Assembly (NCBI GenBank): GCA_951406725.2
Contig: OX597824.1
Coordinates: 36,270,001 to 36,334,000 of the forward strand
Direction of reading: 5' to 3'
Length of the DNA stretch: 64,000 bases
From: Octopus vulgaris
Taxonomy: Eukaryota
The translations under genes were made by a program, and so were the position numbers. Shown here in pieces: positions 14,352-27,190 of this stretch (positions are counted from its first letter, which is position 1; each line of letters opens with the position of its first letter). The notes beneath the pieces are model-generated. The model saw only the letters and a program-made list of their open reading frames with translations. It had not been told where the DNA came from and ran no database searches.

Positions 14352-14752
14352 CTTTTATCATTTTACTTGTTTCAGTCATCTGACTGTGGCCATTCTGGGG
14401 CACCACCTTGAAGGGTTTTTTAGTCGAACAAATAGACCCCAAGACTTATTCTTCGTAAGCCTAATAATTATGCTATCAATCTCTCTTGCTGAATTGCTAG
14501 GTTACAGGGATGTAAACACACCAACATTGGTTGCCAAGCGATGACTGGGGAGACAAACAGACACAAATATACATATATATATTTATATGTGTGTATGTGT
14601 GTGTGTATACACATACAATGGGCCTTATTCAGTTATTGTCTACCAAACCCACACCCAAGGCCTTGGTCAGACACTTGCCCAAGGTGCCACACAGTGGGGC
14701 TGAACCCGGAACCATGTGGTTGGGAAGCAAGCTTCTTACCACACAGCCATGC
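14352..14752 (-). mobile_element. tRNA-derived SINE (family A)
   Basis: ggctgtgtggtaagaagcttgcttcccaaccacatggttccgggttcag head; same family at 21421-21760, 29347-29500, 33606-33990, 35680-36062. Confidence 0.85.
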
Positions 14753-15109
14753 ATGCAAACAAGAACTTAATCAACCTGGTTTGGTCAACTTGGCAGTGAA
14801 CGGCTGATGTTAAAAGAAGCGAAATCACAAACGACCCTACGAAAATTATGAATGATAATGTATCCCAGAACATCACAAAAATATGTTGAAATTGAACGGA
14901 GTGAGAGAGAGAGGAGCAGGGTGTTATTCACATATTTAGTAAGTATTTTAAGATGTAAAAATGTGGAAGTAAAATGCTAAAGAGACTAAAGTTACAAATA
15001 GAAGTAACGACAAAATCAGAAAGAAATGAATGTAATGATAATAAAAATGCAAACAACGCAAACAGGAAAGTAAGAAATGAAAATAATACAGACACGTAAA
15101 AAAAATTAC

Positions 15110-15200
15110 CATGCCTGCACAAACATAGTACAACGCTTCCAGCAGTATTTTTAGCAACGGAAATGATACCGAAAGCCATTTCCACATTTTGCAATTTTAT
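15110..15200 (-). CDS. GNPNAT1: Candidate first exon of the GNPNAT1-like gene (5'UTR + ATG only)
   Basis: Minus strand ...gtgcaggcATG|gtaatt (ATG 15112-15110); the phase-0 donor matches the phase-0 acceptor at 6334, giving MNNIYYLFDPK; the 5' boundary is a guess. Confidence 0.45.
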
Positions 15201-15367
15201 TTATGCTATTATATATAATCACTGTAATATTTCTGCCATGGTCGGGAAGCGATCTCTAGTAAATGATAAAAGACGTGGTATTGTTGGTGTCGGAGCATCA
15301 CTCGTAGTTTATGAAATGCCCCGGTGATAAGTGTTCGCAAATGTAATTTCATTCGTAAATTTTATGG

Positions 15368-16130
15368 GGATCTTTACATTTTGACCGGCAGATTTAGAAA
15401 ATAATTTTTTGAAACTAAATACTTCCAAACTTTGTATACTGGTAGAATGTGTCACATAAAACATCTTTTACGCTTAGTGTTTTTGAGAAAACTTTATATT
15501 TACGAAGTTATTTCATGTTAAAGTTGTCATATTTTGGTAATTTCAACCAATCAATGACGTGTATTCAGCTAAACTAAAATCACAGCTGTTGTTTGTCAAC
15601 AACAACTTCCGGTCGTGTATATTTCGTTTGTCACTGTTATTTATGACATATTTCATCTCAGTTACATTCATATGAATAAACAAGCGTATTTGAAGCATGT
15701 TTACTTCACGGCACCACCATAATCGTTTGTGCATTTCTACTGATTTTAGTTTTTTTTTTTTTTTCCTATTTTTCAGCTACTATTTTCGGAAAGACTTCCT
15801 CCCTCAACCACCATTTTCTTGCAAATTATTGTTTTTCTTTAATTTTTTTTTTTTTTGCCTCATAACTTCCAGAAATAACTGAATTTGTTGCCTCATAACT
15901 TCCAGAAAAATGAATATCTTTTTATTGAAATTTTCTTCAAATATGCTTTGGATGGCATAGATTCTGATTATACCTAAATATGTGCGATTTTGCGAGAGTG
16001 GGGAGAGAAGTTTCAGAAAATTCATACGAGACGGTTTTCTTTACTTATAACTTTCGGAAAAATAGGTAATTTTTTTTTAAATGAAATTTTATATAAATAT
16101 CTTTCAGAGTATGTAGATTACAATTACATT
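15368..16130. mobile_element. Longer diverged relative of the Merlin-like MITE
   Basis: Begins ggatctttacattttgaccggcag; shares tatactggtagaatgtg and ttcaaccaatcaatgacgt blocks with the MITE; right end unclear. Confidence 0.55.
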
Positions 16131-18348
16131 TGAATTTAATATGGAAAAAAAAAAAAAAAAAGGGTTGACTCATACACATACGTACTAACACACGTTGCAA
16201 CTACGAAATGAATCTTGACATCTGTATCTATAAAAAGGTATGATGTGTATGTGTGTGTGTACGTGATTGTAATTTATGCTCGTCCACAAATTAGCATGCA
16301 TGTCGCTCCAATTTTAGGAGGACATTCGTCAACATCCTACCTGGGTTTTGTCAACTTATTTTTTCCCCGAGGCACCCGTGGATAGCAGTAAAAATCTATT
16401 TTCAGCCATAGCTTTTCCCAATTTTGAAGGTTGCTAACATGAGTTAAGTCCCTTCTAGCCATAGCCAAGCGAAAGTGTATGTGTGAGGGAGAGAGAGAAG
16501 TTGTGTGTTGATGTATGTGTGTGTGTGTGTGTGTGTGTGAGGGAGAGAGAGTATTTCACAACGTCTAATAAAAATAGTAAAGAAAAAGTATGTGTAAGGA
16601 AAAGTGGGAGATAGTTTGAGAGCATCTAACAAAAAAAAACAAGGTAAAGAAAAGTGGAAGAGAGGCAGAGAGTTTGACAGCGATCTAACAAAAAAAAAGG
16701 TAAAGACAAAGTGTGTGAGAGAGAGAGAGAGAGAGAGAGAAAGAGGGAGGGTGAGTAAGTCACAGCATTCATAAAAAATAAAATGTAAAATGTTTTGTTT
16801 TTTCTCAAACATGAGATATAGTGTTCAAATTTATGATTTTGACAACTTGCCATCTTGTATAATAATAATAATGATAATAATAATTTTTTCATTTTCCAAT
16901 AAGGGAATTTGAGGTGGTTAATTTGGAATGAAAAAGAATAGGATGAAATTGATTTGAAATTACTCCCAACAGTAATTGAACGTGACTTCAAGTTACTGGG
17001 AGGTAAGCTGAAATCACTGGACTTGTTTAATACCTACATCTGACCTTTCAATGTCTTTGGAATTCTTTCTCTTTCAATGCTTCAGATCTAGTCTTTTGTA
17101 GTTAGTGGATAACAATACCCATGTCCCTTTCCTCATATTTCTCCACCAAAGCCATAAAATGAAAATTTAAAAGCAGTGGAACATACACTTTGCAGTATTT
17201 CTATAAATAGTAGTCATCAAGCAAAACTAGCAATTAAAATTACTTATCGCCACCGAATCACCTACAACAGGTAGACAGGTAACTAAGTTCAGCCTAACTG
17301 TAGCTTAGAGTTCACCATCATCTAACTTGATTTCTTAATAAAGCATTTTCCCCCCATGAAATTTCAGAGATATGCATTTTCAAAGATTTTGTTTAAAATT
17401 ATTTAGATGATTAGCTATCCAATAACTCGCTCGTGTTCATTGTAAGGAAATCTAGTTGAACATCACATACACCTTATTCTCGAGCCTTCACTTTAACTTT
17501 CTGGAATACATAAATTCATTAACATTACTAAACACTGAAAAGTAAACCAGTCATAGATAACCTGTACCTTGAATGTTTTTAGTGGTGTGGCCCACATAAC
17601 AATGAACTAAGTCTCTCCTATCAGCTTACTTCAAATAAAAGGTTTCCCATGCATGAAGTAGATACTTCCACTCACCGACAATTACCTAATTTATTAATTA
17701 AAATACTCCAACATCGAACACTTTCACATTACAAAGGAAGTAACTTTTAGTCAGCTGAAACACCATGCTAGATGTAACCTAAATAGCAGCGAATTCATGA
17801 ATTCAATCGACTGATTCTTTACCCCAAATTTTTGGCTTTGTCACTTTGTTAACATTATGAAAAAATTTGCTTCATCATAAGTTTATTAAAAATAAACAAT
17901 TTTAAGTGAAATTTTCTGAAACAGATTTTTGTGGTATGTAGAGAAGATTATCTTTATTAAACTTGATTCAGTGATTGGGCTGCAGCCATTCTGGGGCACT
18001 GCCTTAAAGGGTTTAGTTGAACAAATCGACCTGAGAACTTGATAAAATTAACCAAAAACAACAATAGTTGTAACCTGAACCATCGAAAATGTGTCACTGG
18101 AAAATTTAATAAAAAATTATGCATGAAAGTCTAATGGCGAAGAAAATGATCCTCTAAAAACATGTTTTTTATTCTCTCACATAATCATGATCAGCACTGG
18201 TTTGGTATTATGTGTCAAAAGTGAAAGAATCGTGATTCACATTAAATTTTATTCACATTTAATTGGGGAGGCGTCTAAAATAGTACATACTATATGATAT
18301 AAACTGCTTATAACTTTTGTATTATGTGGAGATGTGAAATGACTCGAG

Positions 18349-18780
18349 GGATCTTTTCAGTTTGAACGGCAGTTTTTCTAGCGGTGTCATATGAAATTGT
18401 CACCCATAATTATGACCCTAGTATCGATCTATTGCATTTCAATCTGTTTTAGGGTTAGGGTTGGTTAGGGTTAGGGGTGGAGGGAAGGGTATCTTTTTTT
18501 CTTCAGAAATGTAAATAAACCCAATCTGTTTCTTAAACGAGGGACATATTCATATGGCACAGAATGTTTTTTTTTTACCTCAATAGACCTCATTGATTGG
18601 TTGAAATTGCAGAAATTGAAGAAAAAACAACAACTAATATCTTACAAACTATAGAATTTTCTCAATAAAGCCAAGAGAAAAAGATGTTTTATAAACACAT
18701 TCTACCAGTATATGAAGTTTAAAAGTGTTTAGTTACATGGAAATTATTTAAAAAAATTGCCGGTCAAACCGAAAAGATCT
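18349..18780. mobile_element. Merlin-like MITE copy
   Basis: Same TIR; perfect TSD GACTCGAG (18341-18348, 18781-18788); (TTAGGG)n inside. Confidence 0.9.
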
Positions 18781-18869
18781 GACTCGAGTATATATTATTG
18801 TATGTTATGAATAGACAACTTGATGCACATTTTTAATCTTTTCATAAAACAACATTCAAAACAGTAATT

Positions 18870-19260
18870 TGTAAATTGTTTCAATTGCAAGGATATTCGC
18901 AACGAATATGCTCCAACAATTTTTGGAATGCTTCATCTTTGAATTCATAGTGCCACATAAATTCAATGAGGTGTGAATCCAATAAACTTCGAACTGATTC
19001 CATTTTCTCTTTTGTTTCTGTTGTTTGCATGCTTCCACAAACATTCAATGTGATTAGTTGTAGCAAATGCCACAGGATCAACAAAATTAATAGAATGATT
19101 GATCCTTAAATGTACATAATCAAGTTGATTTATTGTATGATATGCACGCCAAAGATCTGAAATGATTGTAGTTCCGGGTAAGGTATATTCCTGGATAACG
19201 AACGGCAAGAAGTGTTTCAGCATTTTCACCGGATTGTCTGTCCAGCGTCTGACGACACTA
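18870..19260 (-). mobile_element. Merlin (IS1595/ISXO2-like) DDE transposase fragment
   Basis: PGTTIISDLWRAY...HLRINHSINFVDP...TNHIECLWK, then LDSHLIEFMW in a shifted frame; typical Merlin core. Confidence 0.85.
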
Positions 19261-19269
19261 TTAGATGGC

Positions 19270-20350
19270 ATCGAATTCCCTCTTCAGGTGCTGAGCGACT
19301 TATATCGGTTAATTCTTGTTCCTGCCACTGCTTCGTAATCTTTTAGGGCCTCACCTCCCCTCTGTCGGTCCTGGTCCCTGGATACGATGACAGTGACAGT
19401 GTCCACAATAGTGGCTCGAGACATACAGCAGAGGCGAAAGTGGACAACTCTGACGAACCAAGCGTTCAATATTGAAGGTGGCGAGCTGGCAGAATCGTTA
19501 GCACGTCGGGCGAAATGCTTAGCGGTATTTCGTCAGCCGTTACGTTCTGAGTTCAAATTCCGCCGAGGTCGACTTTACCTTTCATCCTTTCGGGGTCGAT
19601 TAAATAAGTACCAGTTACGCACTGGGGTCGATATAATCGACTTAATCCATTTGTCTGTCCTTGTTTGTCCTCTCTGTGTTTAGCCCCTTGTGGGCAGTAA
19701 AGAAATAGATATTGAATGGCTCTGAAAAGAAACCGTTCACCCGAATTACCGACTTGACATTGCTATATAAAGTGTTGCTCCAGCCATGGAAGGCCGCCGC
19801 CAGATACCAATGATCCAACCTATCAAAGGTCCTCGATTGGTCTAAACGGACCAATGCAACACCCTTGCCAGGAATCCTATTTACCCTTTCTATAATGTAT
19901 AAGTGTATAAGGTGGATATTATCGTGTATAGTCCTGCCGGGGATGGTGCAGGTTTGTGCCTCCCCAACAATACCATCTATGACTTTATCCAGCCATTTAG
20001 CTAATACCTTGGCCAGAATCTTCAACTCTGCGTTAAGCTGGGTGATGAGCCTAAAGTTGTCAATTATCTCCTCCTTGTTTGGGTCCTTCCTGATCAGTAT
20101 CACCACTCCCTGGCTCAGAGACACAGGAATACTCCCGTTCTGCTGCCAGTTATTGAAGACACAGGCCAGCAGGTGCCCAAACAAGTCTGCCATAGTATAA
20201 TACAATTCATAGGGGAGACCATCGCGACCGGGTGACCTGTCACCACTACACTCCGACAATGCCTCCTCCACTCCTGCAGCTGTGATTGGCCCTTCACAGC
20301 ACTTTGCCTCCCTCCCCGAGAGATGCGGTAGGCCGGTCAACTGCCTCACT
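19270..20350 (-). mobile_element. L1/Tx1-type LINE RT fragment, split by a SINE
   Basis: RSPGRDGLPYELY...NFRLITQLNAELKILAKVLA...LDQSRTFDRLDH; continues at 19284-19470 (YEAVAGTRINRYKS). Confidence 0.85.
19476..19709 (+). mobile_element. SINE family B
   Basis: ggtggcgagctggcagaatcgttagcacg...gagttcaaattccgcc; flanked by atattgaa; copies at 26957-27190(+), 43479-43691(-), 52485-52716(-) and split at 24170-24690. Confidence 0.9.
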
Positions 20351-21420
20351 TACTTAGACCGCTACTATTTATATGTAGTGGTCCAGTCCATTCTCACCAG
20401 CCGTCATATATTTTATCAACTTTGTTTATAACATTTAAATAAAATGTGACTTTGTGTTCCTGACTTCAAGACATCAAACTTCATCATCCCCACCACCCTG
20501 GCGATGTTTCATTTTGACTAGCACAAATGTCATTCGATCCCAGCTGGTTATTCGTTAATTTCCATAAAATTTTTTGATTTATTTACTTTTGTTTTCATGA
20601 GTTGTGGAAGGTAACATTTGCTTTGAAGTGAGAGCAGAAAGTGAAGGAGAGTGGAAAGTGAAAGATGCATGCAAATGTATATGAAATGGACGTGTGTGTA
20701 TGTGTGAGAGAGAGTGATGCATACATTTTTTGTATGTATGTGTGCGCGCATAAAAAAGTGCCACTTAGACGTAAATGCAAAAAAATACGTGTGAGAGAGA
20801 GAGAGAGAGAGAGCGAGTGCCACTGAGACATGCATGAGAACACGCACCTTCACTCTTTCTCACACACACACGGCAGAGAGAGAGAGTGAGAGAGAGTGAA
20901 GGTGTACGTTGTCATGTATGTATTTTTTTTTTTGCATGTATGTGTAAGTGGCACTCACTCTCTCTCCATATAAAATTTGGCGGACAAGGCAGACCGTAAC
21001 CACATCCACTATTTTTTTGTATATATGCCCTCAGGCCCTTTACTAGAACTCATACAAATAGACAAAACAACCATTCATTTTCATATTTAGACAGCGAGGT
21101 GACTGGGGGATTTGGGTTCGGAGATTTTCATTAAAAATTTGAAATTCGTGTTTATTTTTTCCATTTTCTTAATCTCCGTATTTTCCCACGCAGATTGAAA
21201 GAAAAAAAATTCGCAAAAATGTTTTCAACAAAGTTTTAAAAAGTTTGAAGAAACAAAAAAAAGACCACTTCAATTTATGTCATATTACTGTGGGAAATTA
21301 CTCTTAAAGAAATCTTTGCAGAAAGGTGAGTAGATTGATTGCATTATGTTATCGCAGTTTTGTGAGATTTGGCTGTTATTTCTAGCATGTGGATAGCCTG
21401 CTTGAAGGCCTGAGGTTATA

Positions 21421-21757
21421 TACTCTTTTACTTATTTCAGTCATTTGACTGTAGCCATGCTGGAGCACCATCTTTAGTCGAGCAAATCAACGCCAGGACT
21501 TATTCTTTGTAAGCCTAGTACTTATTCTATCGGCCTCTTTTGCCAAACCGCTTAGTTACGAGGACGTAAACACACCAGCATCGGTTGTCAAGCAATGTTG
21601 GGAGGGACAAACACAGACACACAAGCATGTACACACACATACATATATAAGACGGGCTTCTTTCAGTTTCCATCTACCAAATCCACTCACAAGGCTTTGG
21701 TCGGTCTGAGGCTATGTGGTTCGTAAGCAAGCTACTTACCACACAGCCATTCCTACT

Positions 21758-21760
<3 letters not shown>
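21421..21760 (-). mobile_element. SINE family A
   Basis: Homologous to 35680-36062. Confidence 0.85.
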
Positions 21761-21807
<47 letters not shown>

Positions 21808-22638
21808 TCAAAAATTGAAATTGGAAAGATTTCCGCCCCCCCATTTTCTCCCAAACTTCCGCCCGTCCCCTCTGGAAAAAGTGAAAAATGAGGGGGTGAG
21901 GATGAGGGGTTAACTGAAATTTAAAAAAATTTTTTTTCCAGAATCGGATCCTCCATAACCAAAAACATGGGATTCCGTAAAAAAGATAAATATATATTCA
22001 TTTTACCGGAAGTTACGACTGAAAAATTGGATCTTGTGAATTTTCCGAAAGTCCCTCCGTACCTCCCAGGGTCGACAGCGCGCATTTTCATCCTAATGCC
22101 GATTTTGGGCAATTTTCCGGAACCTCCGTATCCGAAAACGGGGATTTTTGGCAAAAAAAATATTTTTAAATAAACAAATTTGGGAGAAATTGGGGTGGGG
22201 ACGGAAGTGTTTCCTTTTTTTTTTTTTTCCATATTCCTTTTCCACATAGTTGTTAACACATACCAAGCCGGTTAATTTTTGTTTTTGTTCCCGGGTGAGG
22301 ATTTTTATATTGACCCCAATTTCTTCATGTTTCACGTTTTCCAGAATTTTAAGGAGCAAAATACGTAGAAATTTTTTGGGATTACTATGTTTTCGCTATC
22401 AGAATTTACGCCCACCCCTTACCACACTTACAAAAATGTTACAACTTGTCTAACTTGATCAACCTGTGTGTAAACCTTGATTAATTACAATTTATACAGC
22501 ACCTGAACATTATTGTAAGAAGTGACAGCATTTGAACATTACTGTAAAAAGTGTGTTGAAGTAAGGTGGGGGTGAAATTTTAATTTTTATATATTTTGGC
22601 AAAAGGAAAAAATAAAATGGGGGTGGAACTGAAATAAA

Positions 22639-23119
22639 GGATCTTTTCGGTTTGAACGGCAGTTTTTCTAGCAGTGTCATATGAAATTGTCACCCATAAT
22701 TATGACCCTAGTATCGATCTATTGCATTTCAATCTGTTTTAGGGTTAGGGTTAGGGTGGGGGGAAGGGTATCTTTTTTTCTTCCGAAATGTAAATAAACC
22801 CAATCAGTTTCTTAAACGAGGGACAGGGGGAAGGGTATCTTTTTTTCTTCAGAAATGTAAATAAACCCAATCAGTTTCTTAAACGAGGGACTTATTCATA
22901 CGGCATAGAATGTTTTCACCTCAATAGACGTCACTGATTGGTTGAAATTGCAGAAATTGAAGAAAAAAATAACAAATATCTTACAAACCCTAGAATTTTC
23001 TCAATAAAGCCAAGGGAAAAAGATGTTTTATAAACACATTCTACCAGTATAAGAAGTTTAAAAGTGTTTAGTTACGTGGAAATTATTTTAAAAAACTGCC
23101 GGTCAAACCGAAAAGATAC
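22639..23119. mobile_element. Merlin-like MITE copy with internal duplication
   Basis: Same TIR; degenerate TSD GAAATAAA/GAAGTAAG; about 65-bp internal tandem duplication. Confidence 0.85.
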
Positions 23120-23639
23120 GAAGTAAGAAACTGAAATTATGAAATGCCAATTACTTTTACAGATTTAGAATCTCCGTAGCCGAAAACGTGAGTTACTAAA
23201 GAAATATAAAAAAAACGGAAGGGTGTGTGGTGATAGTAAAGCATTGTTCGCCGTGCCACGTCATTGTAACGTTGGCATGCCGAGAAGGAGAGGTGCATAG
23301 ATCTTCGGGTAAAATCAACAGAACATGACGATGCTTTGCAGTGGCTGACATTAGCCTCGCAGAAGGGTTTCCTCATTTTCATTTTGTCACTGCCGGTGAC
23401 ATCAAAGATAAAATTTTCGGTGTCATTCTCGACATTCCACTACTATAAATGTGCGTATCACTTGAATTTGTATTAATTTCCAATTAAATACGACGTGTTT
23501 ATAAAAAAAATAGCGCATGTTTTTTTTAATCTACAAGAAAAGCGATGAAAGAATAGTTCTAACCTGAATGTCGCTCATGTTTTGGAAAGTTTTCTTTGAA
23601 GCTACGATAAACAATTCCGAGTACTATTCAATCAGAGTG

Positions 23640-24170
23640 TTCCCGGTGCGCGCACTCGCGCATCCGCGCTAGCTAGTCGTGACTAGTCGATCCTACTACA
23701 TCAAGCATAAGCGCATAAAGATAGCTCGCGCATGCGCAAAAGATGTACGTATGTAGGCGCTACTAGCGAACAGTGGTCCCGTAGCGCGCACACGCGCAGT
23801 CGCGCATCCTAGCTAGCTAGTCGTAAGTAGTCGATTCTACGACTTTGTGTATGCAAATGAATAGATTCGCGCATGCGCAATCGCACATGTTACTCCCCGA
23901 TGAACTTCAATATTTTATTTTATTGTTTTGTTGCAAGAACTGTGAGATATTCAATTTTTTGTTTGCTATCTGCTTTTTATTTACTTTGTTCGAAAAGTAT
24001 TATTTAATTTGTATAAAAAAAATATTATATAATTTGTGTATCGCGCATGCGCGAATCTATTCATTTGCATACGCGCAAGTCGTTGTAGGATCGACTACTT
24101 ACGACTAGCTAGCGCGGATGCGTTACTGCGCACTGTTTGCTAGTAGTACCGTTACTGTTTGCTAGTAGTA
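23640..24170. repeat. CpG-rich foldback element (inverted arms about 23761-23880 / 24041-24146, extra direct copy 23640-23740)
   Basis: ctagctagtcgtaagtagtcgat...atgcaaatgaatagattcgcgcatgcgc and its reverse complement. Confidence 0.75.
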
Positions 24171-24216
24171 CCGAAGTTGACTTTACCTTTCATCCTTTCA
24201 GGGTTGATAAATTAAG

Positions 24217-24631
24217 GGATCTTTTCGGTTTGAACGGCAGTTTTTTCTAGCGGTGTCATATGAAATTGTCACCCATAATTATGACCCTAGTATCGATCTA
24301 TTGCATTTCAATCTGTTTTAGGGTTAGGGGTGGGGGGAAGGGTATCTTTTTTTCTTCAGAAATGTAAATAAACCCAATCTGTTTCTTAAACGAGGGACAT
24401 ATTCATACGGCAAAGAATGTTTTTTTTACCTCAATAGACGTCATTGATTGGTTGAAATTGGAGAAATTGAAGAAAAATAAAACAACAAATATCTTACAAA
24501 CTATAGAATTTTCTCAATAAAGCCAAGAGAAAAAAATGTTTTATAAACACATTCTACCAGTATACGAAGTTTAAAATTTTTTAGTTACCTAGAAATTATG
24601 TTAAAAACTGCCGTTCAAACCAAAAAGATCC
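24217..24631. mobile_element. Merlin-like MITE inserted into a family B SINE
   Basis: TSD AAATTAAG (24209-24216, 24632-24639); the SINE resumes on both sides. Confidence 0.9.
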
Positions 24632-24728
24632 AAATTAAGTACCAGTTGCGTACTGGAGTCGATCTAAACGACTGGTTCCCTCTCCAAAAATTTTCTTTCG
24701 TTTTAACTGGAAATAACGTAAACATTGA

Positions 24729-24811
24729 ATTCGGTCATTTCTGTGACCACATGTTGTCTTGTCAATTGTCAGTTGGGAAGAGAAAGCTAATGGGTTGTGC
24801 GTGCATGCTTG

Positions 24812-24852
<41 letters not shown>

Positions 24853-24853
24853 G

Positions 24854-24892
<39 letters not shown>

Positions 24893-25089
24893 TTGTTCTT
24901 ATTTGTGCGTGTGTGTGTGTGTGCACGTGCGTGCTTGTTCTTCTGAGTATTTGTGTGTCCGTTCTGTTTTGTATTTATATGTTGTGGAATGTAGAAATAA
25001 CACAGAGGAACAAACATGCACACACACACACACACAAATAAGAACAAGTACGCACACACACACACACACACGCACAAACAAGAACAAGT

Positions 25090-25130
<41 letters not shown>

Positions 25131-25231
25131 AACAAGAACAAGTACGCACACACACACACACACAGGAACAAGCACACACGCGCAACCCATTAGCTTTCTC
25201 TTCTCAACTGACAATTGACAAGTCAACATGT
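24729..25231. repeat. Inverted-repeat element with internal (GT)n/(CA)n microsatellites
   Basis: acatgttgtcttgtcaattgtcagttgggaagagaaagctaatgggttg versus its reverse complement at about 25183-25231. Confidence 0.7.
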
Positions 25232-25239
25232 AGTCACGG

Positions 25240-25500
25240 AAAAGGGGTGGGTGTTCTTCAAACAAAGTCACACCGCCATACGCTCCTGATTTGGCACCAA
25301 CAGATTTCCACCTCTTTCGATTTCTTTCAAACGGTATACGTGGAGTTTCATTCAATACTGATGTAGAATTGAGAGCTTGGTTGGATCAATTTTTCGTGTT
25401 GAAATCGGGTGATTTCTACCAATGAGGTATTGAAAATCTTGTTGAACATTGGGAAGAAGTTGTAAACAACAGGGGTTTTGCAGTTGTTGTTATATGGTGT
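25240..25500 (+). mobile_element. Mariner transposase remnant
   Basis: Encodes PPYAPDLAPTDFHLF (mariner YSPDLAP motif). Confidence 0.7.
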
Positions 25501-25599
25501 TGTATGTCTGTCTGTCTGTATGTATGTATGTATGTATGTATGTGTGTGTGTGTATGTATGTATGTATGTATGTATGTATGTGTGTGTGTATGTATGTAT

Positions 25600-26330
25600 G
25601 TATGTGTCAGTCTGTCAGTCATTATTCAGTTTTATTTCAAGATTTCTTGCCAATAGAGAAAGAGTTGGTTTCTAACCTAGATCCAAGCTTCGTTCATTAG
25701 AATTTCAACAACATCAACAGGGTATTTTTCTATGTATGTATATGTGCAGATTTGTATCTTTTGTTTTATGTATGTATTCTCATACATATAGTTACATATC
25801 TAGATATAAATAATAATAATAATGAAATTATTGTATACAGTGCTCAGGTGCACCACAACTTGTCAGAAAGTGCATATAAAGTACATGCAGTAATGTAAAA
25901 ATGTCTGGAGAGCGAACAATGTATGAGTAAGATATATGCTTGTGTGTGTATGGAGGGGAGAAAATCAGGTGTAGTGTTGGCGAATCTCAGAAAGCATGGA
26001 AGTTTTGAAGGATGCAGTGCTCCGACAACTAACAACTGATGCTGGCAGTTTGTTCCACGCTTCAGCAACTCTCAGCGTGAAAAAATGTTTCCTGAAGTAA
26101 ACCTCTGGAAAGTTTTATAGATTTGTACAGTTCCAGTGATGGATTGGATATGTAGTCATCAAATCAGTTTTCTACTTTCTGGTTTTGAGAAGCCTAATTT
26201 CCCAAGATAGGTATTTAGGCAGTGTGGTATATATTCCAGTGCCCAAATAATTCCAGGTATAAAGCTGAACTTGTAATCTGGATAGAATAACTGCAAATTT
26301 CTCAATAGTTCAGCATAGGTATTTTCTTTA
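25600..26330 (-). mobile_element. 3' end of an RLE-type (R4/Dong-like) LINE between (TATG)n tracts, interrupted by a CR1 tail
   Basis: KENTYAELLRNLQLFYPDYKF...LGFSKPESRKLI, homologous to 31878-32168; 3'UTR at 25600-25805. Confidence 0.75.
25810..26097 (-). mobile_element. CR1/L2-type LINE 3' end
   Basis: FFTLRVAEAWNKLPASVVSCRSTASFK plus (ATT)n tail; copies at about 28300-28665 and 41597-41870. Confidence 0.8.
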
Positions 26331-26956
26331 TGTATGTATGTATGTATGTATGTATGTATGTATGTATGTATGTATGTATGTATGTATGTTTGTATGTATG
26401 TATGTATGTATGTTTGTATGTATGTATGTATGCATGCATGCATGCGTGTGTGTGTGTGTGTTGCTGGTTGATGGTTTCTCTGTTACCCCACAAAAGCTTC
26501 TGCTTTTCAACTTGAAGCAGTCATTTTTGAGGACATCACAGCTTCTGTTCTTGTGATGTTTTTTACCATGGGGGAAGGTGTTTTCTTCCAATATCTCTTC
26601 TGATGGTGGTACTAGAGTTCTGATGTTCAGTGTACTCCTTGATTCGACACTGGACTTTCTACCTCCCACTCAACTTTCATCTGATTTCCATTCACCAGGT
26701 GAATACGACCACAGATTGTCAAAAGATCTTCAGAGGTGAACCATAATTGCAGCTAAAGCAGAGTCTCTGACCAATTTTGGAGTATGACCATTTCAGTATT
26801 GAGGATTTTATTGTGTTCTTTTAGGATCATCCATATATACTGGATATTTGCATGGGGTGATGTCATGTATGATGACATTGGTCATCTTACATCATATAAG
26901 ATGGCAGCAAGAGGTATTTGTCATATTTTCTCACAACCATTCATAGCCTTTGGTCA

Positions 26957-27190
26957 AGGTGGCGAGCTGGCAGAAACGTTAGCATGCCGGGTGAAAAGCA
27001 TAGCCGTATTTCGTCTGCCATTACGTTCTGAGTTCAAATTCCGCCAAGGTCGACTTTGCCTTTCATCCTTTCAGGGTCGATAAATTAAGTATCAGTTACG
27101 CACTGGGGTTGATGTAACCGACTTGATCCGTTTGTCTGTCCTTGTTTGTCCCCTCTGAGTTTAGCCCCTTGTGGGTAGTAAAGAAATAGG
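26957..27190 (+). mobile_element. SINE family B
   Basis: Near-identical to 19476-19709. Confidence 0.9.

Noticed and set aside
16930-17830. Possible decayed Polinton/DNA polymerase B or host exons on the minus strand
   Set aside because: Only vague motif resemblance with many stops; not supportable without BLASTX
18448-18480. Telomere or telomere-fusion site (TTAGGG repeats)
   Set aside because: Only a few units, always at the same position inside the MITE
26440-26960. Coding-looking stretch (ORF 26328-26669)
   Set aside because: No recognisable motif or splice signals, and it runs into a microsatellite
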